The notes: generated by a model from the sequence alone, not told the origin. A stretch of DNA of 64,000 nt from an uncultured Candidatus Saccharibacteria bacterium (GCA_964646515.1 CAZYES010000001.1:7582-71581), one strand, 5' to 3'. Shown: positions 16,479 to 26,781, numbered from the stretch's first letter. Numbers and translations: made by a program.

Positions 16479-18623
16479 ATGAAACGTGACTACCCGTTAG
16501 AACAAGTAAGAAACTTTGGAATTATTGCTCATATCGACGCTGGTAAGACGACTACATCGGAACGTATCTTGTACTATACGGGTATGACCCATAAAATTGG
16601 GGAAGTTCACGAAGGTGAGACGGTCACTGATTGGATGGAGCAAGAAAGGGAGCGCGGTATTACGATCACAGCGGCTGCCATTACTTGTTTTTGGAATCCA
16701 ACATACATGCCACCGACAGACGTTTCCAAAAAAGTGCGTTTCAATATTATTGATACCCCAGGACACATCGACTTTACTGTTGAAGTGAAGCGTTCTCTTC
16801 GAGTTCTCGATGGGGCAGTTGTGGTATTCGATGGTGTGGCGGGTGTTGAACCACAGTCCGAGACCAATTGGAGGTATGCCGATGACGAAAAAGTCCCACG
16901 GCTTTGTTTTATCAACAAAATGGACCGTATAGGCGCTTCTTTTGATAAGTCGTTCAAATCGATTCTAGAAAGACTCAACAAAAAAGCAGTTAGATTTCAG
17001 ATTCCTATTGGCTTGGAGGGGGGTCATGTTGGCGTTGTCGATCTGATGCGTATGAAAGCTTATTATTTTGAGGGTGAATTGGGTAACAAAATTATTGAAA
17101 AAGACATTCCCGCGGAATTATTAGAAGATGCAAAGAAATATCACGCAGAAATGGTTGAGAAGATTGTCGAACATGACGACCTAGCTATGCAGAAGTATTT
17201 AGAGGGGCAAGAAATCACCATTGGTGAACTCAAGGCAATTACCAGAAAAGCGGTTATCAATAATGACATGTTTCCTGTCTTTACCGGCTCTGCTTTGAAA
17301 AATGTTGGTGTGCAATTGGTTTTGGATGCGGTCGTTGATTATCTGCCATCTCCTCTGGATATTCCTCCAGTAAAGGGAATAAATCCGGAAACCGGCGAAG
17401 AAGTTGTTCGTCACGCTTCCGATGATGAGCCTTTTTGCGCTTTGGCTTTCAAGTTGCAGAATGATCCATTTGTCGGGGCTTTGACTTTCTTTAGGGTCTA
17501 TTCAGGAACTATAGAAGCTGGTACCTACATTTACAATGTCTCTACAGGCAAGAGAGAACGTCTAGGGCGCATGGTGCGCTTGCAGGCAGATCAGAGGGAA
17601 GAAGTCAAAAAAGTTTTTGCCGGAGAGATTGCTGCCGCCGTTGGACTCAAAGACGCGTTAACTTCAAACACTTTTTGTGATGAAAAAAACCCGATTGTAC
17701 TCGAGATTATCAAGTTTATGGAGCCTGTTATTTCACTTAGGATTGAGCCAAAGACCAAGGCCGATCAAGAAAAAATGGGTTTGGCGCTACGCAAGTTGAG
17801 CAACGAAGATCCGACATTCAAGATTTCTTCCAACCAAGAGACGGGCGAGACTATTGTTTCCGGAATGGGCGAGCTTCATCTGGAGATTATGGTTGATCGC
17901 ATGAAGCGTGAATTTAGTGTAGAGGCCAATGTCGGCGAACCGCAGGTAGCATATCGAGAAACTATCCTTGGTAGTGCCGAAGCCGAGCATAAATATATCA
18001 AGCAGACTGGCGGTAAGGGTCAGTATGGCCATGTAAGGTTGAACTTGAAACCTATGGAACCGTGGCCAGAGGGCGAAAAAATACCAAAGACCGTTCATCG
18101 TTATGATGATTTTGAATTTATGAACTCTATAAAAGGTGGCGTTATCCCCAATGAATTTATTCCTGCGGTAGAAAAGGGTGTTCATGAAGCCATGGGCCGT
18201 GGCATTGTTGCTGGTTACAAAATGGTCAACATTTCTTGTGAATTGACATTTGGTTCTTATCACGATGTTGACTCTTCGGAGATAGCTTACAAGATTGCTG
18301 CTTCACAAGCTTTTCAAGATGCCGCCAAGCGCGCCAAGCCAGTTATTTTGGAGCCCATAATGAAATTAGAGGTTGTCGCCCCGGAAAAATATATGGGTGA
18401 TATCAATGGCTCCATTGCTTCCAAGCGTGGTCAGATAGAGGGTAGCCAACCAAAAGGTCAAGCCATTTCTATTATTGCCAAAGTACCTTTGGCGGAAATG
18501 TTCGGTTATACCACTCAACTTCGTTCTATGACCTCCGGACAAGGAAGTGCCATGATGGAATTTGATCACTATGAAGTCGTACCAGCTAATGTGGCGGAGG
18601 AGATTGTGGAGAAAAGAAAGTAG
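16479..18623 (+). CDS. fusA: Elongation factor G
   Basis: 714 aa; GTPase motifs AHIDAGKTT, DTPGH, NKMD; str-operon position. Confidence 0.95.
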   Translation: MKRDYPLEQVRNFGIIAHIDAGKTTTSERILYYTGMTHKIGEVHEGETVTDWMEQERERGITITAAAITCFWNPTYMPPTDVSKKVRFNIIDTPGHIDFTVEVKRSLRVLDGAVVVFDGVAGVEPQSETNWRYADDEKVPRLCFINKMDRIGASFDKSFKSILERLNKKAVRFQIPIGLEGGHVGVVDLMRMKAYYFEGELGNKIIEKDIPAELLEDAKKYHAEMVEKIVEHDDLAMQKYLEGQEITIGELKAITRKAVINNDMFPVFTGSALKNVGVQLVLDAVVDYLPSPLDIPPVKGINPETGEEVVRHASDDEPFCALAFKLQNDPFVGALTFFRVYSGTIEAGTYIYNVSTGKRERLGRMVRLQADQREEVKKVFAGEIAAAVGLKDALTSNTFCDEKNPIVLEIIKFMEPVISLRIEPKTKADQEKMGLALRKLSNEDPTFKISSNQETGETIVSGMGELHLEIMVDRMKREFSVEANVGEPQVAYRETILGSAEAEHKYIKQTGGKGQYGHVRLNLKPMEPWPEGEKIPKTVHRYDDFEFMNSIKGGVIPNEFIPAVEKGVHEAMGRGIVAGYKMVNISCELTFGSYHDVDSSEIAYKIAASQAFQDAAKRAKPVILEPIMKLEVVAPEKYMGDINGSIASKRGQIEGSQPKGQAISIIAKVPLAEMFGYTTQLRSMTSGQGSAMMEFDHYEVVPANVAEEIVEKRK

Positions 18624-18677
18624 TAGACCAATCAAAATGGCGTCCGTGTATGTGTTATAATTCTAGATGTTAATTCT

Positions 18678-18800
18678 ATGAGATCACGAAATGTCACATA
18701 TATTATATATGTAGTGTTGTTGCTAATCTTGGCTCTAATGACTTTTTCACTTCCGGGCATGAATACGATACTTTCGGGTAAGGTTCTCGGTGCTTACTAG
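18678..18800 (+). CDS. Candidate 40-aa single-pass membrane peptide
   Basis: ATG..TAG ORF absent from the track (<60 aa): MRSRNVTYIIYVVLLLILALMTFSLPGMNTILSGKVLGAY. Basic N-terminus followed by a hydrophobic helix. Confidence 0.25.
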   Translation: MRSRNVTYIIYVVLLLILALMTFSLPGMNTILSGKVLGAY

Positions 18801-18810
18801 ATTTGTAGCC

Positions 18811-18819
18811 TGTGGATAA
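18811..18819 (-). promoter_or_regulatory. Perfect DnaA-box sequence (TTATCCACA on the minus strand)
   Basis: Plus strand reads TGTGGATAA. Intergenic, 25 nt upstream of the extended -10 box TGATACAAT (18844-18852). Confidence 0.4.
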
Positions 18820-18974
18820 CTTGCTTTTTATATATTTCTAACGTGATACAATTACTTGGCTATCCAAGATATGATCTCTCCGGAGACGTATCTTTTCTGT
18901 TTATTATAGATTCAGTATTATTAAATTTCATGAGCACCTAGTTGTTGGTGTTCATGAGCTAACTTGCAACAAAA

Positions 18975-20426
18975 ATGAAATTAGACAAATCTTTTTTTGG
19001 AAAGGAATTCAAGTATATTCTCATTCTTACTATTTTGGCCTGGATGGTTTATTCATTGCCACAAGTCAAGGAGTCTATGAGTAGACCGGTTGTTAGCGAT
19101 CCTGCCACAAGCAGTGTGGCGGCAGTAGGAGCGACTTCTGTGGCAACATGCCCCGGGGGATATATCTGTATACCTATTTCTCGGGCCAATAGTTATTGTC
19201 CAGCAGGATATACATGTACTCAAACGGCGACTACTTCACAGCCGTATATTAGTCTGAACGCTTCCTCGACCAATATCGGTCTAGGCCAATCTACAGTCGT
19301 ATTTTGGTCTACGAACAATGTGACCAATTGTGTCGGCACACAGGATGGCGGTGACGAGAAAGTGCCAGCCATATTCAGTGCTCCAGCCACAAGGGGCTCA
19401 TTTACTGTTACTCCATCACAAAGTGTCACTTATACATTGGCATGTTCTTTTGGGACAGTAGGTAAGATGTCAAAGAGTGTGACCATAAATGTGGGGCAAT
19501 ATCAATCATCTTGGCCAAGTTCTATTTCTGCGACTATAAATAGTGCGACTCCACTCAAGGGTCTTGTTCAAATATCAGAAACAGTGCCTACTTCCAATGT
19601 GTCATTGATGGTCTTCAATTTGAAATCGACGAACGGAACATCAACGCTTCGACAGATTAAGCTAAGTGTACAGATGAGCACATCTTCTCCCGATGCACGT
19701 TTATTTAACAACATGAAACTTAAGGCAGGTGGCAATATTTACTCGGCATTTTATATATATGAGCATAATAATATTGCAGATGTTGTATTCTCTGATATGT
19801 CAATAACATTGCCAAGCAATGCCACTGTCGCATTTATCTTAACTGCCGACATAGCTGCGGATTTACAGCGCAGGTTTGACGGTGTTGGTATTCGTGCGTA
19901 TCTTCAAGCAGATAAATCAAGTATATATGCCGAATATGGTGCTCGACAGTTACCAGTAAATATGGCGAATATTACAGGGAATACTCTTACACTTGTTAGT
20001 AATTCTCCTATCGTTAGTAATTTGTCGACCTTGTATGGCGTTCCCACTACTAACGGATATGGCTCTACTACCCAAAAATTTTCTTTCCGCTTTGCGATCA
20101 CGGCTAATGCAGATCCGATCTATTTGTCGAGATCATTGAATAGCGCTATTAGTACTTCAACTGTGCCCAATCCTAGTAATATATTTATTTCCCCTATCAG
20201 CTTTTCTGATACTGATGCGAGTGGCGATGGCCCAGGATATTTATATATTGCTCCTGGCCAAACGAAGACCTTCACTGCTATCTACTCAGGTTCTGGTCAG
20301 AGTTCAGCAGTTGGTACGTTCAACGTAAGTGCTATCAACTACGGAACGTCATCAGATGCTCTTACCTCGGCATCTATAACTTCGTCGCAGATCACCAACG
20401 GATTAAAAGCAGTCTTGTTTCATTAG
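18975..20426 (+). CDS. Secreted or anchored hypothetical protein with paired CPxGYxC motifs and beta-sandwich-like repeats
   Basis: 483 aa; N-terminal hydrophobic segment; CPGGYICIP and CPAGYTCT motifs. Architecture resembles the ORF at 62234. Confidence 0.75.
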   Translation: MKLDKSFFGKEFKYILILTILAWMVYSLPQVKESMSRPVVSDPATSSVAAVGATSVATCPGGYICIPISRANSYCPAGYTCTQTATTSQPYISLNASSTNIGLGQSTVVFWSTNNVTNCVGTQDGGDEKVPAIFSAPATRGSFTVTPSQSVTYTLACSFGTVGKMSKSVTINVGQYQSSWPSSISATINSATPLKGLVQISETVPTSNVSLMVFNLKSTNGTSTLRQIKLSVQMSTSSPDARLFNNMKLKAGGNIYSAFYIYEHNNIADVVFSDMSITLPSNATVAFILTADIAADLQRRFDGVGIRAYLQADKSSIYAEYGARQLPVNMANITGNTLTLVSNSPIVSNLSTLYGVPTTNGYGSTTQKFSFRFAITANADPIYLSRSLNSAISTSTVPNPSNIFISPISFSDTDASGDGPGYLYIAPGQTKTFTAIYSGSGQSSAVGTFNVSAINYGTSSDALTSASITSSQITNGLKAVLFH

Positions 20427-20460
20427 TTATTAATTATTAGTCACGGTAATAACGAACAAA

Positions 20461-20490
20461 ATGCCTCTTTCAGGGGCATTTTGTCTATTT
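20461..20490 (+). terminator. Intrinsic terminator
   Basis: AUGCCUC / GGGGCAU stem (7 bp including one G-U), 5-nt loop, then TTTGTCTATTT, with an upstream A-tract. Confidence 0.65.
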
Positions 20491-20718
20491 GAGGGAAAAT
20501 TTGCGACTTTTTTGACTCTGTGCTAGTCTAGTTGGTACGCGCTATCCTGCGTTTTCATATTGTTCTTCATCAGTCAATTAACTTGAAATGATGGAGGAAT
20601 GTGGAGGTAACTATTAATAATTTATCCCCTTTTTGGGCATGTATCGTTAGTGTTCATACGCACAAGCATTAACGATAATGTCCAAGGACTGGGGCAATAA
20701 AATAATAACAAAAATATT

Positions 20719-21906
20719 ATGGCAGCAGAATTCAATCGTTCCAAGCCACATGTCAATGTAGGCACAATTGGTCACATTGACCACGGCAAATCTACTTTGA
20801 CCGCCGCTATTTTGGCTGTTCAAGCCAAAAAGGGGTTGGCCAAGATGAAAGCTTACGCGGATATTACCAAAGGTGGTACTGTACGCGATGCTACAAAGAC
20901 CGTTACTATTTCTCTCTCACACGTCGAGTATGAGAGTCCAAATCGTCACTATGCGCATATCGATTGTCCAGGGCACGCTGATTTTATAAAAAACATGATT
21001 ACTGGTGCCGCTCAGATGGACGGTGCCATCCTCGTAGTTTCTGCTACTGACGGTGTTATGCCACAGACTCGCGAACATGTACTTTTGGCTTTTCAAGTCG
21101 GAGTACCAAAGATCATTGTATTTTTGAACAAGTGTGATCTCGTTCCAGAAACCGATCTTATCGATCTCGTAGAGGAAGAAGTGCGTGAACTTCTCACCAA
21201 AAATAAGTTCGATGGAAAGAATACCCCGGTTATTAGAGGCTCGGCTTCCAAGGCTCTCGAGGGTGATGCGACTTGGTCTACCAAGATAGACGAACTCATG
21301 AATGCTCTCGATACCTATATTCCTACCCCCGTACGTGAAGTTGATAAACCTTTCCTTATGCCGATCGAAGACATCTTTTCTATCGAAGGTCGTGGGACAG
21401 TTGTCACCGGTCGCATCGAACGTGGCAGTATCAAACTCAATGACGAAGTAGAGATTGTCGGGTTCAAAGATACTACCAAGACAGTTGTCACTGGCATAGA
21501 AATGTTCAACAAATCTCTAAAGGAAGGTATGGCAGGGGATAATGCTGGTCTACTTCTCCGTGGTACAGCCAAGGATGCTGTCTCTCGCGGGCAAGTTCTC
21601 TCAAAACCAGGTTCAGTAAAACCGCATAGCGAGTTTGAGTCTGAAGTTTATGTTTTGAAGAAAGAAGAGGGCGGACGCCATACGCCGTTCTTTACTGGCT
21701 ATAAACCGCAGTTTTATATTCGTACTACTGATGTAACTGGTGAGGTGACTCTTCCTGAGAAAGTAGAAATGGTCATGCCTGGGGATACAGTTACGTTCAA
21801 GGTGAAATTGGTTGCTCCAGTTGCCCTAGAAGCACAACAGCGTTTTGCCGTTCGTGAAGGAGGCAAGACAGTCGGTGCCGGTGTCGTGACTAAGGTTATT
21901 GCCTAG
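20719..21906 (+). CDS. tuf: Elongation factor Tu
   Basis: 395 aa; [21 protein letters not shown] motifs. Confidence 0.97.
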   Translation: MAAEFNRSKPHVNVGTIGHIDHGKSTLTAAILAVQAKKGLAKMKAYADITKGGTVRDATKTVTISLSHVEYESPNRHYAHIDCPGHADFIKNMITGAAQMDGAILVVSATDGVMPQTREHVLLAFQVGVPKIIVFLNKCDLVPETDLIDLVEEEVRELLTKNKFDGKNTPVIRGSASKALEGDATWSTKIDELMNALDTYIPTPVREVDKPFLMPIEDIFSIEGRGTVVTGRIERGSIKLNDEVEIVGFKDTTKTVVTGIEMFNKSLKEGMAGDNAGLLLRGTAKDAVSRGQVLSKPGSVKPHSEFESEVYVLKKEEGGRHTPFFTGYKPQFYIRTTDVTGEVTLPEKVEMVMPGDTVTFKVKLVAPVALEAQQRFAVREGGKTVGAGVVTKVIA

Positions 21907-21948
21907 TTGCATTTGTCATTATCGTTAGCTCTAAATTCATACAGGCTC

Positions 21949-21987
21949 GGAAGCAAAGTCATGTAACAAAAGCCAGTCTTTGCTTCC
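21949..21987 (+). promoter_or_regulatory. 10-bp perfect hairpin abutting the rpsJ ORF start
   Basis: GGAAGCAAAG (21949-21958) / CTTTGCTTCC (21978-21987) with a 19-nt loop and no U-run. Confidence 0.4.
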
Positions 21988-22401
21988 ATGATAATGATAA
22001 GAAAAAATATGTCGACAACAAAAACAACAATCAAAAAAGACACAACTTCAAAGGCCAAATCGCCACGTGTCCGCAAAGCCAAGGTATCGGGCGAAGTACC
22101 GCATCTTCGTATCCGCGTGCGTGCATATGAGCACAAGATTCTCGACGCATCGCTCAAGCAAATCATGGATACCGCCAATCGCTATGATGCGGAGATCCAT
22201 GGTCCGGTGCCACTGCCGACGGAGATCAAGAAGTATACTGTCAATCGTTCTTCGTTTATTGACAAAAATTCTCGCGAGCAATTTGAGATGAGAGTACATA
22301 AACGACTGATCGATATTATCAATCCAAATGCCAAAGTTATCGAAGCGCTTACCAACATGAGCTTGCCGTCGGGAGTGAATATCGATGTAAAGATGATGTA
22401 A
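21988..22401 (+). CDS. rpsJ: 30S ribosomal protein S10 with a K/T-rich N-terminal extension
   Basis: Conserved core LRIRVRAYEHKILD...PLPTE begins about 35 aa into the ORF. Alternative starts at 21994 and 22009. Confidence 0.9.
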   Translation: MIMIRKNMSTTKTTIKKDTTSKAKSPRVRKAKVSGEVPHLRIRVRAYEHKILDASLKQIMDTANRYDAEIHGPVPLPTEIKKYTVNRSSFIDKNSREQFEMRVHKRLIDIINPNAKVIEALTNMSLPSGVNIDVKMM

Positions 22402-22402
22402 T

Positions 22403-23032
22403 ATGAAATTCATTTTAGGTAGAAAGCTGAATATGACACAGATTTTTGATGCTTCTGGAAAAGCTATTCCGGCCACGGTTGTTTCTGCGCAGGGGAATGT
22501 GGTGACCCAGGTCAAATCAAAAGAGGTTGATGGTTATGAGGCTATTCAAGTAGGTGAGGGATCTATCAATCCGGGTCGTATTAACAAGGCTCAAAAGGGG
22601 CACATGAAAGAACTCGGTTCATTTTCTTCACTCTGCGAATTTCGTACGGATGGTTGTGAGACATCGACCGAGGCCAAACCACTTTTCAAAGTCGGTGACA
22701 AAATAGACGTCTCCCAATTCAAAGTTGGCGATACTGTTACAATTAGGGCCGTGTCCAAGGGCAAAGGGTTTCAAGGTGTTGTGAAGAGACACGGTTTTGG
22801 TGGTGGTCCCAGATCTCACGGTCAGAAACATTCCGAGCGCGAGCCGGGCTCTATTGGTGGCGGTCTTCGTACGCATGTGCCTGTAGGTATGCGCATGGCG
22901 GGTAGGATGGGTAGCGATCGTGTGACCGTTGCCAATCTCAAGATTGCGCATATAGACCAAGAAGAAAATGTCATATATGTTTCCGGTGCCATTCCTGGAA
23001 AAAGGGGAACGTTGGTAGAAATTATAGGATAA
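22403..23032 (+). CDS. rplC: 50S ribosomal protein L3
   Basis: 209 aa; GKGFQGVVKRHGF motif. Confidence 0.95.
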   Translation: MKFILGRKLNMTQIFDASGKAIPATVVSAQGNVVTQVKSKEVDGYEAIQVGEGSINPGRINKAQKGHMKELGSFSSLCEFRTDGCETSTEAKPLFKVGDKIDVSQFKVGDTVTIRAVSKGKGFQGVVKRHGFGGGPRSHGQKHSEREPGSIGGGLRTHVPVGMRMAGRMGSDRVTVANLKIAHIDQEENVIYVSGAIPGKRGTLVEIIG

Positions 23033-23040
23033 CAATAAAT

Positions 23041-24567
23041 ATGCGACGATTTAATGTTAAAAAGTTTATAAAAAACAAGTACTTTATTGGTGCGTTTGTT
23101 ATTGCTGTTATAGTTATTTGTTTTGTTTTTTGTAAGGGTGATTCTTCGTTGGGCTTCGAATTTGCAAAAGTGAAAACGGGTGATGTTGTCCAGAAAATTA
23201 GCGTTACTGGTAGAATTTTGGCTATGAATAACGCTGACTTGGCTTTTGGTAAATCCGGTATCGTTGCCATAGTTAACGTAAAAGTAGGTGATCATGTGAA
23301 AAAGGGAGAAGTTATTGCTTCATTGGATAGTTCTTCCGATAGGGCCAATCTAGCTTCTGCTCAAGCCAAACTTGATGATATGACGCGTAGTTTGAGGCCA
23401 GAGGAATCGCAAGTTGAGCAATCAAAAGTTGATCTTGCCAAAGTAGTACTTGATAATGCCAAGAGAGATGCTCTAGATGCTGTACGCGCAGGTTATGCTC
23501 AAGCGATGAATGCGGTTAATAATTATGTTGATAATTTTTTTACCAATCCTCAAAGCGTCAATCCCACGGTCAATATTTATACGCAATCTGATAATGAGAA
23601 AAATTCAGTTTCCTTAAAACGCATTGTAGTATCCGAATCTTTTGTTAAATGGAAAAAGGCTATTGATGTAACGACTAGTACAGATAACGTGTCCGATTTG
23701 GTCTCGCAGGCTAGTGGATATCTAGACCGTGTCAAGGATCTGATGGACACTATGTCTGTCGTGATCAGCAACTTAAATCCCGGCAATTCTGGCTTAGTCC
23801 AATCAGCGATCGATATGCATGTCTCCAATATGAATTCTGGTTTAATTGCCTTAAATCAAGCTATTACTTCTGTTTCTAGTGCTAGGGCGGAATTAGAGAG
23901 CGCTTCTTCTAGTTATGATCAAGCCAATGACAATTACACATTGAAGCTAGCGGGTAATTCTTCAGACTCCATCAAGGCTCAGTCTGCTTCATTAGATTCG
24001 TTCAGAGCAGAGTTAAATAAAGGCGTGATTTTTGCCCCCTTTGATGGGATTATTACGCGTGTTGAACCTACTATAGGTGAATTTGCCTCTTTGGGCCAGA
24101 CAGCGTTCAGTATCATTGAAGATAATGGTTACAAAATTGAAGCTTTTGTACCAGAGGCTGACATTGCCAAGATCAATTTGAACGATCTGGCCTCTACGAC
24201 TCTTGATGCTTACGGCCAGAATGTTGATTTTCCCTCGGTAGTTACCACGATTGATCCAGCAGAAACTATTCTTGAGGGAGTGCCTACATATAAAGTGACA
24301 TTGAGATTTATAGAAAGCGATTCTCGTCTTCGCCCGGGGATGACTGCTAATTTGGAGATTTTAACCGATGAACGTAGTAATGTGCTTATAGTTCCAGCGC
24401 GTGCGGTAGTCGATGACGATGGTTCCAAGACCGTACGTGTTTTGAACTCTGATGGTAAGACTTTCACCCCTGTTTCGGTGAGGGTTGGATTAAAGGGTTC
24501 AGACGGTGTGATTGAAATTATTTCTGGTGTCTCGGAGGGCGAAGAAGTAGTGACCTATATCAAATAA
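23041..24567 (+). CDS. HlyD/MacA-family periplasmic adaptor (membrane fusion protein)
   Basis: 508 aa; N-terminal TM, long coiled-coil-like region, barrel-sandwich motifs; precedes MacB-type ABC genes. Confidence 0.8.
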   Translation: MRRFNVKKFIKNKYFIGAFVIAVIVICFVFCKGDSSLGFEFAKVKTGDVVQKISVTGRILAMNNADLAFGKSGIVAIVNVKVGDHVKKGEVIASLDSSSDRANLASAQAKLDDMTRSLRPEESQVEQSKVDLAKVVLDNAKRDALDAVRAGYAQAMNAVNNYVDNFFTNPQSVNPTVNIYTQSDNEKNSVSLKRIVVSESFVKWKKAIDVTTSTDNVSDLVSQASGYLDRVKDLMDTMSVVISNLNPGNSGLVQSAIDMHVSNMNSGLIALNQAITSVSSARAELESASSSYDQANDNYTLKLAGNSSDSIKAQSASLDSFRAELNKGVIFAPFDGIITRVEPTIGEFASLGQTAFSIIEDNGYKIEAFVPEADIAKINLNDLASTTLDAYGQNVDFPSVVTTIDPAETILEGVPTYKVTLRFIESDSRLRPGMTANLEILTDERSNVLIVPARAVVDDDGSKTVRVLNSDGKTFTPVSVRVGLKGSDGVIEIISGVSEGEEVVTYIK

Positions 24568-24651
24568 ATGGTTTTGAAGACGTAATTACTCTGGGAAGGC
24601 CCCAATCGGGGGATATGGTATGGGTATTTCTGTCAAAATCCAATTAGCATT

Positions 24652-25368
24652 ATGAATATAATTGAAGTCACTAAATTAAAAAAATCATATCGCGATGGTT
24701 CCGATACTGTTGCCTTAGATGGCGTCACATTTTCCGTTAGAAAGGGTGAGTTTATGGCTATCATGGGACCATCTGGCAGTGGCAAGTCTACACTTTTGCA
24801 TATTCTTGGGCTTTTAGATTTACCAACTGGTGGGCAATATGTTTTTGATGGCAGGAATATTTCCACATATTCTGATTATGAACTAGCCAATTTGCGTAAT
24901 CGTAAGATTGGCTTTGTTTTTCAGATGTTCAATCTTTTACCACGTACATCCGTTTTGGCGAATGTAAAATTGCCTCTATACTATTCAGCTGTACCTGAAA
25001 GCGAGTGGGATGATAGGGCCAGAAAAGCGATAGAAGATGTGGGTCTTGGTCATCGTCTAGGCCATCAACCCTCTGAGCTTTCTGGTGGTGAAAGGCAACG
25101 TGTGGCAATAGCTAGGGCTTTGGTTACTAATCCGGAGATTATTTTTGCCGATGAGCCCACTGGCAATCTCGATTCCAAGTCAGGGAAGAAGGTTATGAGT
25201 ATCATTCAACATTTGAACGAAGAATATGGGAAAACCATTATTCTCATTACCCACGAGACTTCAACGGCTGAACATTCCGAACGGATTATTCGTCTATTAG
25301 ATGGTCAGATAGAGAGTGATGTCAAAGTGGCAAAGAGGCTGTCCGCTAGTGATGAGTTTGTGAAATGA
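24652..25368 (+). CDS. ABC transporter ATP-binding protein (MacB/LolD type)
   Basis: Walker [10 protein letters not shown], signature [15 protein letters not shown], Walker [13 protein letters not shown]. Confidence 0.9.
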   Translation: MNIIEVTKLKKSYRDGSDTVALDGVTFSVRKGEFMAIMGPSGSGKSTLLHILGLLDLPTGGQYVFDGRNISTYSDYELANLRNRKIGFVFQMFNLLPRTSVLANVKLPLYYSAVPESEWDDRARKAIEDVGLGHRLGHQPSELSGGERQRVAIARALVTNPEIIFADEPTGNLDSKSGKKVMSIIQHLNEEYGKTIILITHETSTAEHSERIIRLLDGQIESDVKVAKRLSASDEFVK

Positions 25369-25404
25369 TAAAATTACAACGTATAGTCTAATAATCAAGA
25401 AAAA

Positions 25405-26640
25405 ATGACTTGGCGACATCTGTTCAAAACTTCATTAAAGGGACTTACTACCAATAGATCCAGATCTTCTCTTACTATTCTTGGTATAGTTATTGGTATT
25501 ACGGCGATAATACTAGTGGTATCTTTGGGTGCTGGTGCCAAGGCGTTGATCTTGGGACAAGTACAGGGACTGGGCACGAATACGATTGCCATAATTCCTG
25601 GCAGGGAACCGACGGGGATGTCGGACATTTCTTCTTTATTCGGCGATTCATTGAAGGAAAAAGATTTGGTAGCACTTCGCAATAGGGCCAATGTTCCTGG
25701 ATTGAAGTCGATTATGCCAACGGTTATGGGGGCAGGTTCAGCCTCTTATGGTTCCAACACTTATCAAGTTTCAGTTTTCGGAGGCACCGAATTGTTGGCG
25801 GAGATCTTTGATTTGCACCCTAAGGGAGAATTTTTCACTACGGACGATGTTATCTCTAAGAATGACGTTGTAGTTTTGGGGTCAAAAATTAATGAAAAAC
25901 TTTTCAATTATGATAATGCCGTCGGACAGAAGTTAAAAATAAAGAACCGCAATTTCAAAGTCGTGGGTGTTCTGCCGGCCACTGGAGGTGGATCGCTTTT
26001 TAATTTTGATGATATGGTTCTGATGCCATATACTACCGCGCAAGATTATATTTTTGGGCAGAAATATTTCAGCAGGTTAATTATCCAAGCGATAGATGAC
26101 GCATCTGTGAAAGCTACGACTTATGATATTGAAGTAACACTTCGTGAATCTCACGGTATTACTGATCCTGACAAAGATGATTTCACAGTGCAGACTCAAC
26201 AAGATTTGGCAGATCGACTTTCAACTATTACTAATATCTTGACTTACTTTTTGGTAGCGGTGGCTTCAATCGCTCTTTTCGTGGGCGGTGTTGGTATCAT
26301 GAACATCATGCTTGTGGCTGTGACCGAGCGTACGCGCGAAATCGGTTTACGCAAAGCCTTGGGCGCAACAGATAAGGATATTTTAAAACAATTTCTTTTA
26401 GAGGCGGTTCTTTTGACAATCATTGGTGGCATTATAGGCATAGTTCTCGGTGCGTCCCTAGCATTTTTAACTGCTATAATATTATCTAAAGGTCTTAGTG
26501 TTAATTGGCAATTTATTTTTCCATGGGGCGGTGCGGCTCTCGGTTTTTGTGTCTCTGCAATAATTGGTCTTGTTTTTGGCGGTTATCCCGCTAAACAAGC
26601 TTCAAAGAAAAGCCCTATTGAAGCACTACGATATGAATAG
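25405..26640 (+). CDS. ABC transporter permease (MacB/FtsX family)
   Basis: 411 aa; N-terminal TM, large extracytoplasmic domain, C-terminal FtsX-like 3-TM bundle (REIGLRKALGA). Confidence 0.85.
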   Translation: MTWRHLFKTSLKGLTTNRSRSSLTILGIVIGITAIILVVSLGAGAKALILGQVQGLGTNTIAIIPGREPTGMSDISSLFGDSLKEKDLVALRNRANVPGLKSIMPTVMGAGSASYGSNTYQVSVFGGTELLAEIFDLHPKGEFFTTDDVISKNDVVVLGSKINEKLFNYDNAVGQKLKIKNRNFKVVGVLPATGGGSLFNFDDMVLMPYTTAQDYIFGQKYFSRLIIQAIDDASVKATTYDIEVTLRESHGITDPDKDDFTVQTQQDLADRLSTITNILTYFLVAVASIALFVGGVGIMNIMLVAVTERTREIGLRKALGATDKDILKQFLLEAVLLTIIGGIIGIVLGASLAFLTAIILSKGLSVNWQFIFPWGGAALGFCVSAIIGLVFGGYPAKQASKKSPIEALRYE

Positions 26641-26694
26641 CAGTGTTTATTGGGATGTGTCTATTTATGGTAGTTTGATTTGAATAAGGGGCTA

Positions 26695-26715
26695 GAATCT
26701 CTCGAGAGATTTTGT
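26695..26715 (+). terminator. Perfect 16-nt palindrome followed by a T-rich tract
   Basis: AATCTCTCGAGAGATT (26695-26710), then TTGTTATT; lies downstream of the permease stop. Confidence 0.4.
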
Positions 26716-26781
26716 TATTATTGATTAGCTGGGATGTATATAGGCATTTGACTTCGAGGGGTTGCTTTGTTAGCATACCCC

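Noticed and set aside
20520-20560. tRNA-like string (CTAGTCTAGTTGGTA) upstream of tuf, where tRNA genes often sit
   Set aside because: No complementary D-stem, no T-arm (GGTTCGAATCC-like), and no acceptor-stem pairing. Not a tRNA.
22048-23295. Minus-strand ORFs overlapping rpsJ/rplC and the adaptor gene (155, 135, 157 and 82 aa)
   Set aside because: They lie antisense to strongly supported ribosomal-protein genes and have no independent signals.
23041-26640. Efflux operon as a mobile element or genomic island
   Set aside because: No integrase, transposase, flanking direct repeats or tRNA target. The palindromes downstream are not matched upstream. Treated as a rearrangement, not a mobile element.
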